Of a DNA stretch of 64,000 bases, positions 19,423-30,268 are shown piece by piece (the first letter of the stretch is position 1; the number at the start of each line of letters is the position of its first letter). The notes below the pieces were generated by a model, which was not told the DNA's origin, did not search any database, and worked only from the letters and a program-made list of their open reading frames with translations. A program made the translations under genes and the position numbers. Source of the stretch: Deltaproteobacteria bacterium. GTDB taxonomy: Bacteria > Desulfobacterota > GWC2-55-46. The stretch spans positions 51,662 to 115,661 of the forward strand of contig JABTVA010000001.1 in NCBI GenBank assembly GCA_015075075.1, in the 5' to 3' direction.

Positions 19423-20076
19423 TCAGTCGGGATGGACCATGCCTTTCCTGATTGCTATCTTTATAAGGCTCGCCATATCGCTCACCTTAAGTTTCTTCAT
19501 TATGTTGTTCCTGTGGCTTTTTACGGTAGCAAGCGATATGAAGAGCTTCTCGGCTATCTCCTTGCTGGTGGACCCGTCAGCGATGTGCTTGAGCACCTCT
19601 TTTTCCCTTCCGGAGAGGGTGTCGAATGGGTCGTGGCTCTGCTCCTTCTTTATGACCTCGACGAAGTCGTTCAGTATCTCCTCCGTGACGGCCGGGCTCG
19701 CGTACTTGCTCCCGGTCCTCACTTTCTCGACCGCCTTCAGTAGCTCCCCCGGCTCCGAGTCCTTGAGCACGTAGCCCAGCGCCCCTGCCCTGAAGGCCTC
19801 CAGGGGGCGCGACAGGTCCGCGTGCATGGAGAGGATGATTATCCTGGTCTCCGGAAATTCCTCCACCGCGCGCCTCGTCACCGCTATGCCGTCCAGGTCC
19901 GGCATGGTGATGTCGAGTATGGCTATGTCCGGCCTGAGCTCGGCTATGCCCTTCAGGGCCGCCATACCGTTGTCGGCCTCCCCCACCACCTCGTATTCAT
20001 TCGGGGGGAAGATCGCCTTTATGCCCCTACGCAGCACCGGGTGGTCGTCGGCTATGAATACCGTGGTCTTTTTCAT
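19423..20076 (-). CDS. NarL/FixJ-family response regulator (REC + LuxR HTH)
   Basis: VFIADDH, DIAILDITMP, C-terminal LSGREKEVL...GSTSKEIAEKLFIS..TVKSH. Confidence 0.8.
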   Translation of the reverse strand: MKKTTVFIADDHPVLRRGIKAIFPPNEYEVVGEADNGMAALKGIAELRPDIAILDITMPDLDGIAVTRRAVEEFPETRIIILSMHADLSRPLEAFRAGALGYVLKDSEPGELLKAVEKVRTGSKYASPAVTEEILNDFVEVIKKEQSHDPFDTLSGREKEVLKHIADGSTSKEIAEKLFISLATVKSHRNNIMKKLKVSDMASLIKIAIRKGMVHPD

Positions 20077-20223
20077 ACCTGCCTGAAGGGAAAAGGGCAT
20101 CGCCTCTTCGTTAACGAAACCGCTGGGACACGTTACAGCGGTCCAGGGGGGATAAATGGATTAAGGACGGTTTATTATATTAAAGGGCGGGGGTAAAAGC
20201 AAGGGATACTCTCGCGTACGCGC

Positions 20224-20384
20224 TATCAGCTTACTGAAAAACTCATTCAGGCTGCTCAAAAAGCTCCAGATGCGAGGCCCCCATTGAAATAGGGGAGCGA
20301 GGCATGAGGCGTACTTTCCGTGTACGCCGCAGTAACGAGCGACGTAGCCTTCGACGCAGATGGACTTTTTCAGCAGCCTGCTAG
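20224..20384 (+). mobile_element. Family A MITE copy A3
   Basis: Consensus match. Abuts the 3' end of the ftsH remnant. Confidence 0.8.
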
Positions 20385-22281
20385 TTGCTTATTTTACGGA
20401 GGGGCTCGACGCCTTTCGTCCTCCTTATTATGTCCTCCACGTCCTCCTTGTCCAGGGACTCGTCCTTGAGGAGCGCGGCCGCAAGCTCCTCTAACGTCTT
20501 CCGCCCCCGTAGAAGGATCTCGTCCGCCTTCCTTTCGGCCGTTATTATAAGGTTCCTTATCTCCTTGTCCATGAGCCAGGCCATCGTCTCGCTGTAGCGC
20601 TTCTGGACCGATATGTCCCTGCCGATGAACGGGTGCTCCTCGCCCCTGCCGAAGTTTATGGGCCCGACCTTGTCGGACATGCCCCACTGGGCGACCATCT
20701 TCTCCGCAAGGGCCGTCGCGTTCTTCAAGTCGTCGTTCGCGCCGCTGCTTACGTACATGAAGACCAGCTTTTCGGCGGCCCTCCCCGCGAGCGCAACACA
20801 GAGCCTGTTTATGAGATAACTCTTCGGGTAATAGTGCCTGTCCTCCTCGGGAAGGAACTGCGTAGCGCCCAGGGCCATGCCCCTCGGTATTATGGAGACC
20901 TTGTGTATGGGGTCCGTATGCGGGAGCTCCCAGGAGACCAGCGTGTGGCCTGCCTCATGGTACGCGGTTATCCTCTTTTCGTCCTCGGAGAAGCTCTCTT
21001 CCCTCTTGGAGCCCATTATAACCCTGTCCCTCGCCTCCTCAAAGTCCCTCATCTCTATACGCTCCTTGCCTTTCTTCACGGCCTCGAGCGCGGCCTCGTT
21101 CATGAGGTTTTCAAGGTCGGCCCCGGTCATGCCGGGGGTTCCCTTGGCTATCTTCTCGAAGTCGATCTCGGGGGCTATCCTCTTGTTCCTCGCGTGGACC
21201 TCGAGAATTGACTTCCTGTCCTTCCAGCCGGGCCTGTCTATGACGATGTGGCGGTCGAAGCGGCCGGGCCTTAAAAGCGCCGGGTCGAGGGACGTCCGGC
21301 CTGTTGGTGGCGGCTATGACTATTATCTCCTCGTGCGGCTCGAATCCGTCCATCTCGCTGGGGCTGGTTCAGGGTCTGCTCCCTCTCGTCGTGCCCCCGC
21401 CGAGGCCCGCGCCCCTGACCCTCCCGACGGAATCTATCTCGTCTGCCAAGAAGATTATCGAGGGCCGGGTCTCGCTGGCCTTCTTGAACATGTCCCTCAC
21501 CCTGGACGCGCCCGCCCACGAACATCTCGACGAACTCTGACGCTTATGCTGAAGAGGGGACGCCGGCCTCGCCTGCCGTGGCCCTCGCAAGGAGCGTCTT
21601 GCCTGTGCCCGGCGGCCCTATGAGGGGTATGCCTTTGGGGACCTTTGCGCCTATCGATGTGAACCGGGCCGGGTTCTTGAGGAACTCGACCGTCTCCTGG
21701 AGCTCCATCTTCGCGTTCTCAAGCCCGGCGACGTTCATGAACGTGATGCTGGGCTTTGCGCATGTTGTGAGCTTCGCCTTGCTCATGCCGAGTTAAGGCC
21801 CTGGCTGCGCCGCCATTGCTGCACTACCCTCTTATGATGAGGAACCAGATTCCGATTATGAGGACCCACGGCAGGAGCAGTATCACGAACTGCCATAAAG
21901 GCGACCCGCCTTCGTCAGGCTCGACGTTTACGGCTATGCCTTTTTTTTCGAATTCCCCCAGTATCTCCGGCCCTGGAACGCGGGAGATAGGTCATGAAGA
22001 CCGGCGGCAGGTCCGGGCGCGCCCTCGGGGCCGGGAACACCCACCTGGACCGGGCTCTTGAACTCGCCGGTCACCTCCTGCCCCTTCATGGTTATCGAGC
22101 GGATGTTCCCGGCCTCGAGCTGCTCCTGGAACTCCGTATAGCTTATCCTCTGCTCGGCCCCTGTCCCCTCCTCGACCGACTGGCCCCATATATAGAGGAA
22201 GAGCCCGAAGAGCACCAGGGCTATCAATATCTTCCATCCGCCCCCCCTCTCGGAGTTGGGGTATTTGGAGTCCTCGGCCAT
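20381..22281 (-). pseudogene. ftsH: ATP-dependent zinc metalloprotease FtsH, disrupted by at least 4 frameshifts
   Basis: Pieces recovered in three frames: N-terminal TM (21934..22281), Walker [14 protein letters not shown] (21544..21786), [13 protein letters not shown] / [10 protein letters not shown] (21271..21590), MDGFEPHEEIIVIAATNRPD (21111..21353) and the HEAGH protease domain (20381..21130). Confidence 0.8.
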
Positions 22282-22439
22282 ATTTAGAGTCTATAAGATA
22301 TTCCGATTAAATCAATCGGCGGGAAATAGATCAGCCTGATGAGACTGGAAGGATTGCAGGATTTTTGAGGAGGTTACGGGTGGACGCGGAGTGCCGGATT
22401 CAGACAACCTCTAAGAATTAGGGAAGGTCTGATTAATTC

Positions 22440-22555
22440 CGTTTCTTGCGGTCATTGCGAGGAGTGAAACGACGAAGCAATCTCAAAGTGCCTGATATTC
22501 AAAAGAAGAGATTGCTTCGCTGCGCTCGCAATGACGAATGCACGAATTAATCAAG
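22440..22555. repeat. Family D palindromic hairpin repeat (GTCATTGCGAGGAGTGAAACGACGAAGCAATCTC ... GAGATTGCTTCGCTGCGCTCGCAATGAC)
   Basis: Long inverted repeat seen in the sequence. Confidence 0.7.
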
Positions 22556-22582
22556 CTTCCTTAGCTATTTTTCCCGAGGTCT

Positions 22583-22680
22583 GCAGGGTGGAAGTAAAAA
22601 GCGAAGCATAGGAGCATATATGAAAATATGTGAGCATTTTTACGCAGAGTCCGGGGAAAAGATTCAATCTTTTAGCAGCT
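22583..22680 (+). mobile_element. Family B MITE copy (left end truncated), fused to family A copy A4
   Basis: Core AGCATATATGAAAATATGTGAGCATTTTTAC...GGGGAAAAGATTCAATCTTTTAGCAGC. Confidence 0.65.
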
Positions 22681-22840
22681 TGCTGAAAAACTCCGTTTTT
22701 ATTCAAACTGCTCAAAAAGCTCCATATGCGAGGCCCCCGTTGGAACAGGGGAACTGGGAATGAGGCGTACTTTTCTTGTACGCCGGAGTGTCAAGCGACG
22801 TAGCCTTCGACGGAGAACGACTTTTTCAGCAGCCTGTTAG
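22670..22840 (+). mobile_element. Family A MITE copy A4
   Basis: Consensus match. Ends at the stop of the downstream kinase gene. Confidence 0.8.
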
Positions 22841-22843
22841 AGG

Positions 22844-25321
22844 TTATGCCGCCGGAAGCCTTATGGAAACGGTGGTGCCTTTACCGGGCTCGGATTCGAA
22901 GTCCATGCTCCCTCCGTGCTCCCTTATTATCGAATAGGATATGGAAAGGCCGAGGCCCGTGCCTCCGGCATCCTCCCTCGTCGTAAAGAAGGGCTCGGTT
23001 ATCCTCTCCAGCACCTCCCTGGACATTCCCGCGCCCTCGTCGCGTACCTCGATGACCACCTCGCCATTTTCCTTGTCATGGAAAGTCCTTACACGGACGC
23101 CCCGAGCCCTCTCCGGGAGCGCGTGGAGGGCGTTGATGACAAGGTTTATGAGCACCTGCTCTATCTTCTGCGAGCTCCCCCGGACGGCAGGGAGGCCCTC
23201 GGCGGTCGAGACCTCGAATTTGTCCGTGTGCTTCATTATCTGGCTGCTCAAGATGGAGACGGCCGCCAGGACCGCCCTGTTCACGTCGAGTTCTCCGTCG
23301 AAGCAGGCCTTGTCCGGCCTCGAGAAGTCCTTCAAGCTATCCACTATCCCCTTTATCCTCCTCGACCCGTCGGTTATCCCTGAAAGGAGCTCGGGTATGA
23401 CCTCGGACATCTCCGAATAAGGGAGCCCCCCGAGGGAGAAGTCCCCGTGCTCCCGGTAATACCCGTCGAGTATCCTTACCGAGTCCTTCCACGCGTCCGC
23501 GAGCAGGGCCGAGTTGAAGAGTATGAAATTATTGGGGTTGTTTATCTCGTGGGCGACACCTGATGCGAGCGTCCCTATTGAGGTCATCTTGTTCGCGTGG
23601 ATGAGCTTGGCCTGCATAAGGCGGGCCTCCTCCTCCATCCTTATGAAGTCGGTCAGGTCCTGGACCGTGCAGAGGACCATCTTACCGTCCTTGAGCTTTA
23701 TGACCTGGCCCCTGGCCGAGAAGGTCACCCTGGTGCCGTCCTTCCTCTCGCCCTCTGCCCTGTCTATCGTGAAACCGGCGTCACGGGCCGAAAGGCTCTT
23801 TATCGCATCCGAGAGGCCGTGGTCCAGAAAGAACGGGGGCGGGTCTGATGAGGCGAGCTCCTCCCTCGAGTACCCGAATAGCGTTATGGCCGCCGGGTTC
23901 GCGTCGGTTATCCTGCAGCTACCGCCATCTATGAGTATCTGCGCGTTCTGGTTCTGCTCGAATATCTGCCTGAACCGCTCCTCGCTTTCCCTCAGGGCGT
24001 CCTCGGCGTTCTTCCGAGCGGTTATGTCCCTTTTTATCCCGAGGGCGAGATCCTTTTCGCCGACCTTGAAGGGCGTTATGGCCATGTCCACCCAGAGGAC
24101 CGAGCCGTCCTTCCTCCGTAGCGGCACCTCCTGCACGAAACCGCCCTTTTTCCAGAGGTCCCTGTGCAGCTTGAGCCTGTCGAACCTCCCGGGGATGGCG
24201 AGCAGGGCCACGTCGGACGAGAGTATCTCCTCGCGCGAATAGCCGACCATCAGGCAGCCCGAGAGGTTTACGTCGAGGTAGCGCCCTTCCATGTCGATGA
24301 CGAACATGCCGTCCATCGCCGATTCGAATATGGTCCTCAGGCGTTCCTCGCTCTCCCTGAGGGCATCTACCGCCTTCCTGCGCTCCGCGGCCTCCTCTAT
24401 GGATTGGAGCGCAAACCCCACGTCCGCCGCGAGGCTCAGAAGGAGGTCCACCATCTTTTCGAAAAAGACCGAGGGGTTTTCGGAGTAGACGGTAAGGGCC
24501 CCGAAGATAGTACCCCTTACCACGAGAGGGAAGGAAGCGCACGCCCTGTAGCCCCGGCTCGCGGCCTCGCCGGCCAGGGGCTTGAGGCCCCCGTCGCCTT
24601 CGATATCAAGGCATACGGAGTAAGAGCCGGAGTCGATGGCCCTGTCCACGGTGCCGGGCCCGGGCGGGATGCCGTCCTGCCTCCTCCGGGCTATCCGGAG
24701 GAAATCATTGTCGCAGCCTGCCGCGGCAAGCGGGACGATCTCGCCTGTCGCTACTCGCGATTTCCCTATCCACGCAGCCATGAACCCGGCCTTTTCAACG
24801 AGTATGCGGCAGGTCTCGGAAAGGACCATCCGCCCGGAGGACTCCCTTACGAGCATCTTGTCGACCTCGGTCAGGGTCTCAAGCAGCCGGTTAAGGGCCC
24901 GGAGCTCCTTTTCAGCCTTCCTGTGCGCCCTTTTCGTGGCATAGTCGCGAAGCTCGCGCTCTATTGCCGGGAGGAGCCTGAAGAGCCTGTCCTTCAGTAT
25001 ATAGTCGTCAGCCCCGGCCTTCATGGTGGTGACCGCCAGGTCCTCGCCCATGAGGCCCGATACGACTATGACCGGCACCTCGAGGCCGCGCTCCCTTACG
25101 GCCTTCACCACCTCGAGGCCGCAGAGCCTCGGCATTATGTAGTCGGATATGATAAGGTCCCAGGGGCCTTTTTCGAGCGCTTCCTGCAGGTCTCTTTCAT
25201 TGTCCACCCTGAGGAAGGACATATCATAGCCGCCGCGCCGGAGCTCGCGCATGAGGAATATGAGGTCGTCTTCCGAGTCCTCGGCGATAAGGACCTTGAG
25301 AGGGATGGTTTCAGGGTGCAT
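22844..25321 (-). CDS. Hybrid sensor histidine kinase: REC-GAF-PAS-PAS-HisKA-HATPase (cytoplasmic)
   Basis: N-terminal REC (DLIISDYIMP), H-box HEINNP, G1/G2 ATPase motifs. Confidence 0.85.
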   Translation of the reverse strand: MHPETIPLKVLIAEDSEDDLIFLMRELRRGGYDMSFLRVDNERDLQEALEKGPWDLIISDYIMPRLCGLEVVKAVRERGLEVPVIVVSGLMGEDLAVTTMKAGADDYILKDRLFRLLPAIERELRDYATKRAHRKAEKELRALNRLLETLTEVDKMLVRESSGRMVLSETCRILVEKAGFMAAWIGKSRVATGEIVPLAAAGCDNDFLRIARRRQDGIPPGPGTVDRAIDSGSYSVCLDIEGDGGLKPLAGEAASRGYRACASFPLVVRGTIFGALTVYSENPSVFFEKMVDLLLSLAADVGFALQSIEEAAERRKAVDALRESEERLRTIFESAMDGMFVIDMEGRYLDVNLSGCLMVGYSREEILSSDVALLAIPGRFDRLKLHRDLWKKGGFVQEVPLRRKDGSVLWVDMAITPFKVGEKDLALGIKRDITARKNAEDALRESEERFRQIFEQNQNAQILIDGGSCRITDANPAAITLFGYSREELASSDPPPFFLDHGLSDAIKSLSARDAGFTIDRAEGERKDGTRVTFSARGQVIKLKDGKMVLCTVQDLTDFIRMEEEARLMQAKLIHANKMTSIGTLASGVAHEINNPNNFILFNSALLADAWKDSVRILDGYYREHGDFSLGGLPYSEMSEVIPELLSGITDGSRRIKGIVDSLKDFSRPDKACFDGELDVNRAVLAAVSILSSQIMKHTDKFEVSTAEGLPAVRGSSQKIEQVLINLVINALHALPERARGVRVRTFHDKENGEVVIEVRDEGAGMSREVLERITEPFFTTREDAGGTGLGLSISYSIIREHGGSMDFESEPGKGTTVSIRLPAA

Positions 25322-25377
25322 TCGCTCTTGGGTTGGCTATGGATTTAAAAATCGTAACAATTGTAACCCACTTTCAG

Positions 25378-28362
25378 TTAAATAGTAAAATAAAAAGTTG
25401 CGCCCTTCTCACTTTCTCCTTCGGCCCGGATGCTGCCCCCGTGGCGCTGTATTATCCTCTGGACCGTGGCCAGGCCTATGCCGGTGCCCGGGAACTCGTC
25501 CTCGCCGTGGAGCCTCTGGAAGGGGTTAAAAAGCCTTTCCGCATACTTCATCTCGAAGCCTGCGCCGTTGTCGCGCACGAAAAAGACGGTTTTCCCGTCC
25601 TCCTTCCCGGATGAGCCGAACTCGATCCTCGCAACGCCCTTTTTAGAGGTGAACTTCCAGGCGTTCCCCAGGAGGTTCTCCATCACGGTCTTAAGAAGCC
25701 CCGGGTCGCCGTCAGCGGCCAGGTTCTCATGTATGATGAATTCGGCATTCCTGTCGGGCTGGGCCTTCCTCAAATCCGAGGCGATGGCCCTCGCGACGCC
25801 GCTAAGGTATACCCTCTCTACGGTCATCTCCGCCCTCATCACTCGCGAGAGCTTCAAGAGCGCGTCTATGAGCTCGCCCATGCGCCTGCTCGCGGCCACG
25901 AGCCTTTCAAGGTACTCCTTTCCGGTCGTGCCGAGCGCGTCAGAGCAGTCCTTTACGAGTATCCTCGCGAACCCGTCTATGACCCTCAAGGGGGTCTTCA
26001 GATCGTGCGCCACGCTGTAGCTGAAGGCCTCAAGCTCGCGGTTGGCCGCTGCGAGCTCCGCGGTCCTTTCCTCCACCCTCTGCTCGAGCTCGGCATTCAG
26101 CTTCCTTACCTCATCCTCGGCCCTCTTCCTCTCGGTTATGTCCAGTACCGTGCCCGACATCCTGAGCGGTTTCCCTGCCGGGTCATGGACGACCTCTCCC
26201 TGCTCGTGCACTATCTTCTCCGTCCCGTCGCGGAGCACGACCCTGTGGTCTATCGAGTACGGCGCCTTCCCGTAAAGCGCCTCGTCGACCGCCTTAATCA
26301 CGTTCTCCCTGTCTTCGGGGTGTACATGGTTGAGGAAGGACTCGTATGTGGCCCCGAACTCGCGGGGCGTTACGCCGAATATCCTGTATATCTCGTCGGA
26401 CCAGTGAAGGTCGTTATTCACGATGTCCCAGTCCCAGTTCCCGAGCCTCGCTATCCTCTGCGCGTTGGCGAGCCTCGATTCGCTCTCGCTCAGGGCGTTC
26501 TCAGCGGCTTTCCTTTCGGTTACGTCCCTGTCAATGCCCCTGTAGCCCCGGAAGACCCCGTCCGGGTCGAAGACGGGGGAGGCGTTGGTCTCAAGCACCA
26601 CGGGAGAGCCGTCTTTTTTGAAATTCAGGTTCTCGTACGCATTGAAAGATTCTTTTCTTTCCACTGACCGCTCGATATCTCTTTTAACCTTCTCGGCCTC
26701 CTCGGGGGGCATGAGGTCAAAGGGCGTCCTTCCGATTATCTCATCGGGCTCGTATCCGAGTATGCTCCTCACCTTCGGGCTGGCATACGTGTATACGAGG
26801 TTCTCGTCCACCTCCCATACGAAATCGTTGATCGTCTCGACAAGGCCCCTGAACTTCTCCTCGCTCTCGGCCAGCGCCTCCTGCGACCTCCTTATCTGGG
26901 TTATGTCCGTGGATATGCCCGCCACCCCGTATATCTGGCCGTCAGCGGCCCTGAGCCTGAACTTGATGGAAATATACGAATGGAGCCCGTCATCATGCGG
27001 CGCGTACTCCTCGAACTCGACCGGCCTTTCGGATGCAAGGGCCTTAAGGTCGTTGGCCCGGAAGGCATCGGCCACCTCCCGCGGGAAAAAGTCGTAGTCT
27101 GTCTTTCCGCTTATCTCCCCGCCGCTGATATGAAAAAGCTCCTCGTATCTCCTGTTTATCAGCAAGTACCTGCCCTCGACGTCCTTTAGATAGACGACGT
27201 TGTTCGTATTATCCATAATGCCCCTGAACCTCTCCTCGCTCTCCATGAGGGCGCGGCTCCGTTCCTCAACGTCGGCAGCCATCCTGTTGAAATGGCCCGC
27301 AAGGATGCCTATCTCGTCCCCGCTCCTTACCGGCACGCGGGCGGCATAGTTCCCGGCGGCTATCTCCTTCGAGGCAGAGGCGATGGTCTTGAGCTGCCTG
27401 GCCATCCTGAAGAAATAGAGCGCGAAACCCGAGACGAGGACCAGCACCGTCACTCCGGTGAGCATTCCGTAATTGACGAGGCGACGCACCGGGGCGAAGG
27501 CCTCGCTTCTGTCCACCTCCGTAAGTAGGACCCAGCCGAAATCCTGCAGGCAAATGGACGTCCCTAATACTATTTCACCCCTGTAGTCTTCGTAAACGCC
27601 CATGTGGTCCCTTGTTTCTTCCAAACAGGCCCGCACCGCCTCGGTATCCACGGTGGTCCTGAAGGCGGTGTCCTCGATGAGCCACGAAGGGGTTATCATG
27701 AGCCTGTCCATGTTCACGAGGTATATGTCGAGCGTTTCGTAGCCCTCCAAAGCCCGGCGCGTAATGCCGATATCACGCCCCCTGCCCCTGGCCAGGATAT
27801 CTCCAATCCGCTCCTTTAGAACAAAGGCCGCGAGCACGCCTATGATATCCCCATTCTCCCTGCTCCGGAGCGGCACCGAGGCGACAAGATCGGGAACACC
27901 GGCAGGCCGGACCGTAATCGAAGGCCCCTCGCTCCCCTTCAGGAAAAATTCCTGGCCTGACCGGTCCTCCCCGATAACGGCCTGGTCCGTGGAGGAGACG
28001 ACCTTTCCGTCCATGCGCATTACCGAAAGCCCGTATGCGTCCTCAAGGACCGGGAGCTTATGCTCGACGAGATACGCGCTGAGGGCCGGGTCCTCGTCGA
28101 GCCCCTCCTTTACCGCCCTCTCGAGGCTGTCCCTTATCATCCCGTCGGTAGAGAAATCGACGACCCTCTGCTTGAGCGACTCCAGGAAAAAGAGGAGTTC
28201 CGAGGACCTGGCCTCAGCAATAGACCTCAAGTTCTCGTTCACAAGGGCGCCCGTATCCCTGCTGATGCTCTTGAGGCTAAAGAGGAACATGGCGGATACG
28301 GGAAGGAGGACTACAAGGAATGCCAGCACGACTTTGTATGCGAGGGGACAGGGCCTTTTCAT
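25378..28362 (-). CDS. Sensor histidine kinase: TM-periplasmic Cache-like domain-TM-HAMP-3xPAS-HisKA-HATPase
   Basis: Two TM segments flanking about 270 aa, H-box SYSVAHDLKTP, GTGIGLA G2 box. Confidence 0.85.
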   Translation of the reverse strand: MKRPCPLAYKVVLAFLVVLLPVSAMFLFSLKSISRDTGALVNENLRSIAEARSSELLFFLESLKQRVVDFSTDGMIRDSLERAVKEGLDEDPALSAYLVEHKLPVLEDAYGLSVMRMDGKVVSSTDQAVIGEDRSGQEFFLKGSEGPSITVRPAGVPDLVASVPLRSRENGDIIGVLAAFVLKERIGDILARGRGRDIGITRRALEGYETLDIYLVNMDRLMITPSWLIEDTAFRTTVDTEAVRACLEETRDHMGVYEDYRGEIVLGTSICLQDFGWVLLTEVDRSEAFAPVRRLVNYGMLTGVTVLVLVSGFALYFFRMARQLKTIASASKEIAAGNYAARVPVRSGDEIGILAGHFNRMAADVEERSRALMESEERFRGIMDNTNNVVYLKDVEGRYLLINRRYEELFHISGGEISGKTDYDFFPREVADAFRANDLKALASERPVEFEEYAPHDDGLHSYISIKFRLRAADGQIYGVAGISTDITQIRRSQEALAESEEKFRGLVETINDFVWEVDENLVYTYASPKVRSILGYEPDEIIGRTPFDLMPPEEAEKVKRDIERSVERKESFNAYENLNFKKDGSPVVLETNASPVFDPDGVFRGYRGIDRDVTERKAAENALSESESRLANAQRIARLGNWDWDIVNNDLHWSDEIYRIFGVTPREFGATYESFLNHVHPEDRENVIKAVDEALYGKAPYSIDHRVVLRDGTEKIVHEQGEVVHDPAGKPLRMSGTVLDITERKRAEDEVRKLNAELEQRVEERTAELAAANRELEAFSYSVAHDLKTPLRVIDGFARILVKDCSDALGTTGKEYLERLVAASRRMGELIDALLKLSRVMRAEMTVERVYLSGVARAIASDLRKAQPDRNAEFIIHENLAADGDPGLLKTVMENLLGNAWKFTSKKGVARIEFGSSGKEDGKTVFFVRDNGAGFEMKYAERLFNPFQRLHGEDEFPGTGIGLATVQRIIQRHGGSIRAEGESEKGATFYFTI

Positions 28363-28397
28363 TCTCTCTCTGGATGGACCGGTCAGGAAGATTACGT

Positions 28398-28512
28398 CGC
28401 TTCATGACTTCAGTTTGTCATTGCGAGCGAAGCGAAGCAATCTCGTTCTCTGGAAAACCAAGCACTTTGAGATTGCTTCGGAGCTAAAGCTCCTCGCAAT
28501 GACAGCCCGGAC
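28398..28512. repeat. Family D palindromic hairpin repeat (GTCATTGCGAGCGAAGCGAAGCAATCTC ... GAGATTGCTTCG...CTCGCAATGAC)
   Basis: Inverted repeat seen in the sequence. Confidence 0.7.
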
Positions 28513-28565
28513 TTTTTCCGCACCCTGCTAAACCAAGGAACCTACCGCCTTCCAGGCGGTAGTGG

Positions 28566-29081
28566 TCAGTTACGCCTTGGCAGGCTCACGGCCCGTTGCC
28601 CGCGGAACCTGGCCCTCGACTCGGCTATGACCTTTTCCGCCGTTTCCCGGCCTGCCCAGCCCTCGACCCCGGTCTTTTTCTCTTCCAGGTCCTTGTAAAT
28701 CTCGAAGAAATGGCCTATCTCCTTGAGTAAATGCGGCGGAACGTCCTTAAGCTCGTTTATGTAGTTCCAGAGCGGGTCCCTCAGCGGCACGCAGAGTATC
28801 TTTTCGTCAGGCCCCTTCTCGTCCACCATCTTGAATACGCCCACAGCCCTCGTATCTATATGGCATCCGGGAAAGGTCGGCTCCCATACGAGCACCAGCG
28901 CGTCGAGCGCGTCGCCGTCCCCGGCGAGCGTGCCTGGTATGAAGCCGTAGTCGCTCGGGTAATGGACCGCCGAGAAGAGCATCCTGTCGAAACGGATGAC
29001 CTTTGCCGCAGGGTCGTACTCGTACTTGTTGCGGCACCCTTTCGGTATCTCAACTACCACAGTGACGGCCTTGTCCTTCAA
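28566..29081 (-). CDS. ppa: Inorganic pyrophosphatase (family I)
   Basis: Conserved E/D/K active-site constellation, 171 aa. Confidence 0.9.
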   Translation of the reverse strand: MKDKAVTVVVEIPKGCRNKYEYDPAAKVIRFDRMLFSAVHYPSDYGFIPGTLAGDGDALDALVLVWEPTFPGCHIDTRAVGVFKMVDEKGPDEKILCVPLRDPLWNYINELKDVPPHLLKEIGHFFEIYKDLEEKKTGVEGWAGRETAEKVIAESRARFRGQRAVSLPRRN

Positions 29082-29262
29082 AGGCCCTCCCGGCTTATGG
29101 ATTGTCCGCCCCGGCCAGGCAAGCCGCCTTGACCGGCCGCTTCCTAAGGGGGCGCATGGGGATTGAGAAGACTTTCAGGCGCTCGAAGGGACCGCTTCGC
29201 CTGAAACGGCGGGCTGTAGCGCCTCCGCCTTGAAAGGATTTTATATCAGGGCACAGGGTGTG

Positions 29263-29934
29263 TCAAACCCCTCTGTCCGTACGGACAGGCCGGAGGCGGT
29301 CAGGCGCTTCCGCGGCCTGGCGCTCGTTCCGGTTCCTGAGGGCGAACGTTATGAGCTGGGGCCTGTTCTGGATATCGAGCTTGTGGAATATGCGCTGGAG
29401 GTGCGTTTTGACAGTTGGCTCGCTTATGCAGAGCCTCAAGGCTATTTCCTTATTCCTGAACCCCTGGCCCACGAGGCTCACGACCTCCCATTCCCGTTCG
29501 GAGAGGGACGGCCTTGCCGCCTTCTTGAGGGCGTGGAGCCCGGTCAGTATGTTTTTCACCTCTATCTTGTCGAGCCATATCTCGCCGCAGGCGACGGCCC
29601 TTATGGCCTTCTTGAGGAGAAGCGGGGTCGAGCCGGCGGATAAGACCCCCTTGAGCCCCTTTGTGAGCACTGCCGAGACTATGTTCTCCTCGCCGCATCT
29701 GGTGTCGATGAGTATGAACCTGCCCGAGGCATGGCCGTCGTCTCCGAACCCGTTGAAAAGGGTGGTGAAATCAACCAGTACGCAGTCGGGCCTCAGCGAC
29801 TCTATGGCCTGCACGGGGCTCTCGCCGGGCTCGACCGTCCCGGCGACCTGTATATCCCCGGTCCCTTCAAGGAGCTTCCTTATGCCTTCAGAGAAGAGCC
29901 GGTTGCTGAAGGCGATGAGGACTTTTATCGTCAT
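29263..29934 (-). CDS. LuxR-family regulator with an atypical receiver (acidic DD pocket absent)
   Basis: C-terminal LuxR HTH (LSEREWEVV...FRNKEIALRLCISEPTVKTH). The N-terminal REC-like fold has AFSN where DD is expected. Confidence 0.7.
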   Translation of the reverse strand: MTIKVLIAFSNRLFSEGIRKLLEGTGDIQVAGTVEPGESPVQAIESLRPDCVLVDFTTLFNGFGDDGHASGRFILIDTRCGEENIVSAVLTKGLKGVLSAGSTPLLLKKAIRAVACGEIWLDKIEVKNILTGLHALKKAARPSLSEREWEVVSLVGQGFRNKEIALRLCISEPTVKTHLQRIFHKLDIQNRPQLITFALRNRNERQAAEAPDRLRPVRTDRGV

Positions 29935-30127
29935 ACCGCCTCCCTTTCATTTCATTTAAGGCTCGCGGCAAACCCACCCGATTGACCACACAAGCGAGCG
30001 CATTCCCCCGGGAGCTTTCTTCGTGGAACAAGCGAGCAAATATAAATCGAAAATCATGTGTCGAAGTTCCACGCGATGCCGCGGGGAACTTCAATGCCCT
30101 CTTTTTTTTTAAAGAGGCGGCCTAAAA

Positions 30128-30264
30128 GGGTGCTCTAAAAATTAGAAATTTTTTCTGAGGTCGAGGCAGAGGCGGAAATAAAAGCGGAGCATATATGTGA
30201 ATATGTGAGCATTTTATTCCGCCTCAACGAAGAGATCAGGAAAAGAGCAATTTTAGAGGCAGCC
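30128..30264 (+). mobile_element. Family B MITE copy
   Basis: GGTGCTCTAAAAAT...AGCATATATGTGAATATGTGAGC...ATTTTAGAGGCAGCC. Confidence 0.75.
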
Positions 30265-30268
30265 AAAA

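Noticed and set aside
30099-30122. CCTCTTT-T3-AAAGAGG hairpin with a T9 run as the sigma-factor terminator
   Set aside because: The loop and stem cannot be distinguished within the homopolymer. Orientation relative to the minus-strand transcript is ambiguous. Left uncalled.
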